A stretch of 64,000 bases of DNA, from NCBI RefSeq assembly GCF_964213995.1, contig NC_135830.1, forward strand, positions 12,524,001 through 12,588,000, written 5' to 3'. Every line of letters starts with the position of its first letter. Position 1 is the stretch's first letter. Of the stretch, positions 63,178 through 64,000 are shown piece after piece. Source of the DNA: Mustelus asterias (taxonomy: Eukaryota). The notes below the pieces were generated by a model. The model did not search any database, had not been told where the DNA came from, and worked only from the letters and a program-made list of their open reading frames with translations. Position numbers and translations under genes: made by a program.

Positions 63178-64000
63178 ACTGCGCCCTACGCATTTGTGTC
63201 AGAATATTAAAGGCTACCACAGCGTCACCTCCATTAATAACAGTCATTTGACGCCACATTTCAGAGAGGGGAACAAACCCATCAAAGATTCTCTCTTCCA
63301 CAATGAGTAAGACAGGGACAGGCAGCAGGATCTTACCCCGCACTCTCCAATCGCCCACAGACAGCAGAAAGTGGTAAGTGGCAACTGCAGCTTCAATCAG
63401 GGATTTACTGCCCATGCCAGGGACACAGAATACTCTAACCCAGGTAAAACGTCACAATATACCGATCAGAGACTCATCAAATCGCAGATAGATTATCGCC
63501 CACTCACTGAGCATTCGAGTAGCATTTACATAATACCCGAGCGAGTCACAAACAACATTTACAGCAACTTTCCAAAACTTTTCAGTGATAAATTCCTTCA
63601 TTTGGCTGAAAATCTGACTGTTGTGAATCTGAAAATGGGCACCCTGGGATTTGTGTTACCCAGAGACCTGTCTCCCACTGTTCGTCCGTCAGGTTGTGTT
63701 TGTGTTGTACATTGAAGCGCCTGTCATTTCAAAATGAGGAGAGAACAAAGAAAATATTAAATTGTGGAACAAATCCTGAGGGAAACGGATCATAATATTG
63801 GAAGGAGATGCAGTTGTGAATGGTGTTATTGATGATTGTATCGAAAGTATTGGATCCTTGGGCTTCTGGTGGTCAGTTCCCTTCCCTCCCGTTGAATTCC
63901 TCCCTCTGACAAGAGACATGGATTCATTTTAGCTGCACGTTCATAGGAGAAAGGGTATAACCGCTACACCACAGCAATATTACGGATTCGAAATGCACAA

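Noticed and set aside
63925-63980. tRNA-like 5' half on the minus strand (TGGTGTAGCGGTTATA)
   Set aside because: Only an A-box/D-arm remnant; no T-arm or acceptor pairing.

Overview
Eukaryotic, non-bacterial DNA from a cartilaginous fish (shark-type HE1/V-SINEs, CR1 LINEs, Penelope-type repeats). No intact protein-coding gene was found, and almost every long ORF in the track is a retroelement fragment. The non-repeat content is a decayed antigen-receptor region: (i) a shark IgH-type VH pseudogene (~10.07-10.6 kb, minus strand); (ii) four TCR alpha/delta-like V pseudogenes (~48.0-48.5 +, with an intact 23-RSS; ~54.9-56.4 +, split by CR1/SINE; ~57.4-57.8 +; ~59.6-59.9 -); (iii) five tRNA genes or pseudogenes interspersed among these V segments, including a tRNA-Pro(AGG) with an 18-nt intron at the canonical position; (iv) an old tandem segmental duplication (~0.1-10.0 kb vs ~16.5-26.8 kb) containing a locally conserved octamer-bearing non-coding block and a conserved 22-nt micro-exon; (v) a low-confidence decayed leader-V(J)-C1-TM antigen-receptor-like gene at ~38.1-42.8 kb. 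Everything was read by eye, so repeat boundaries are approximate.
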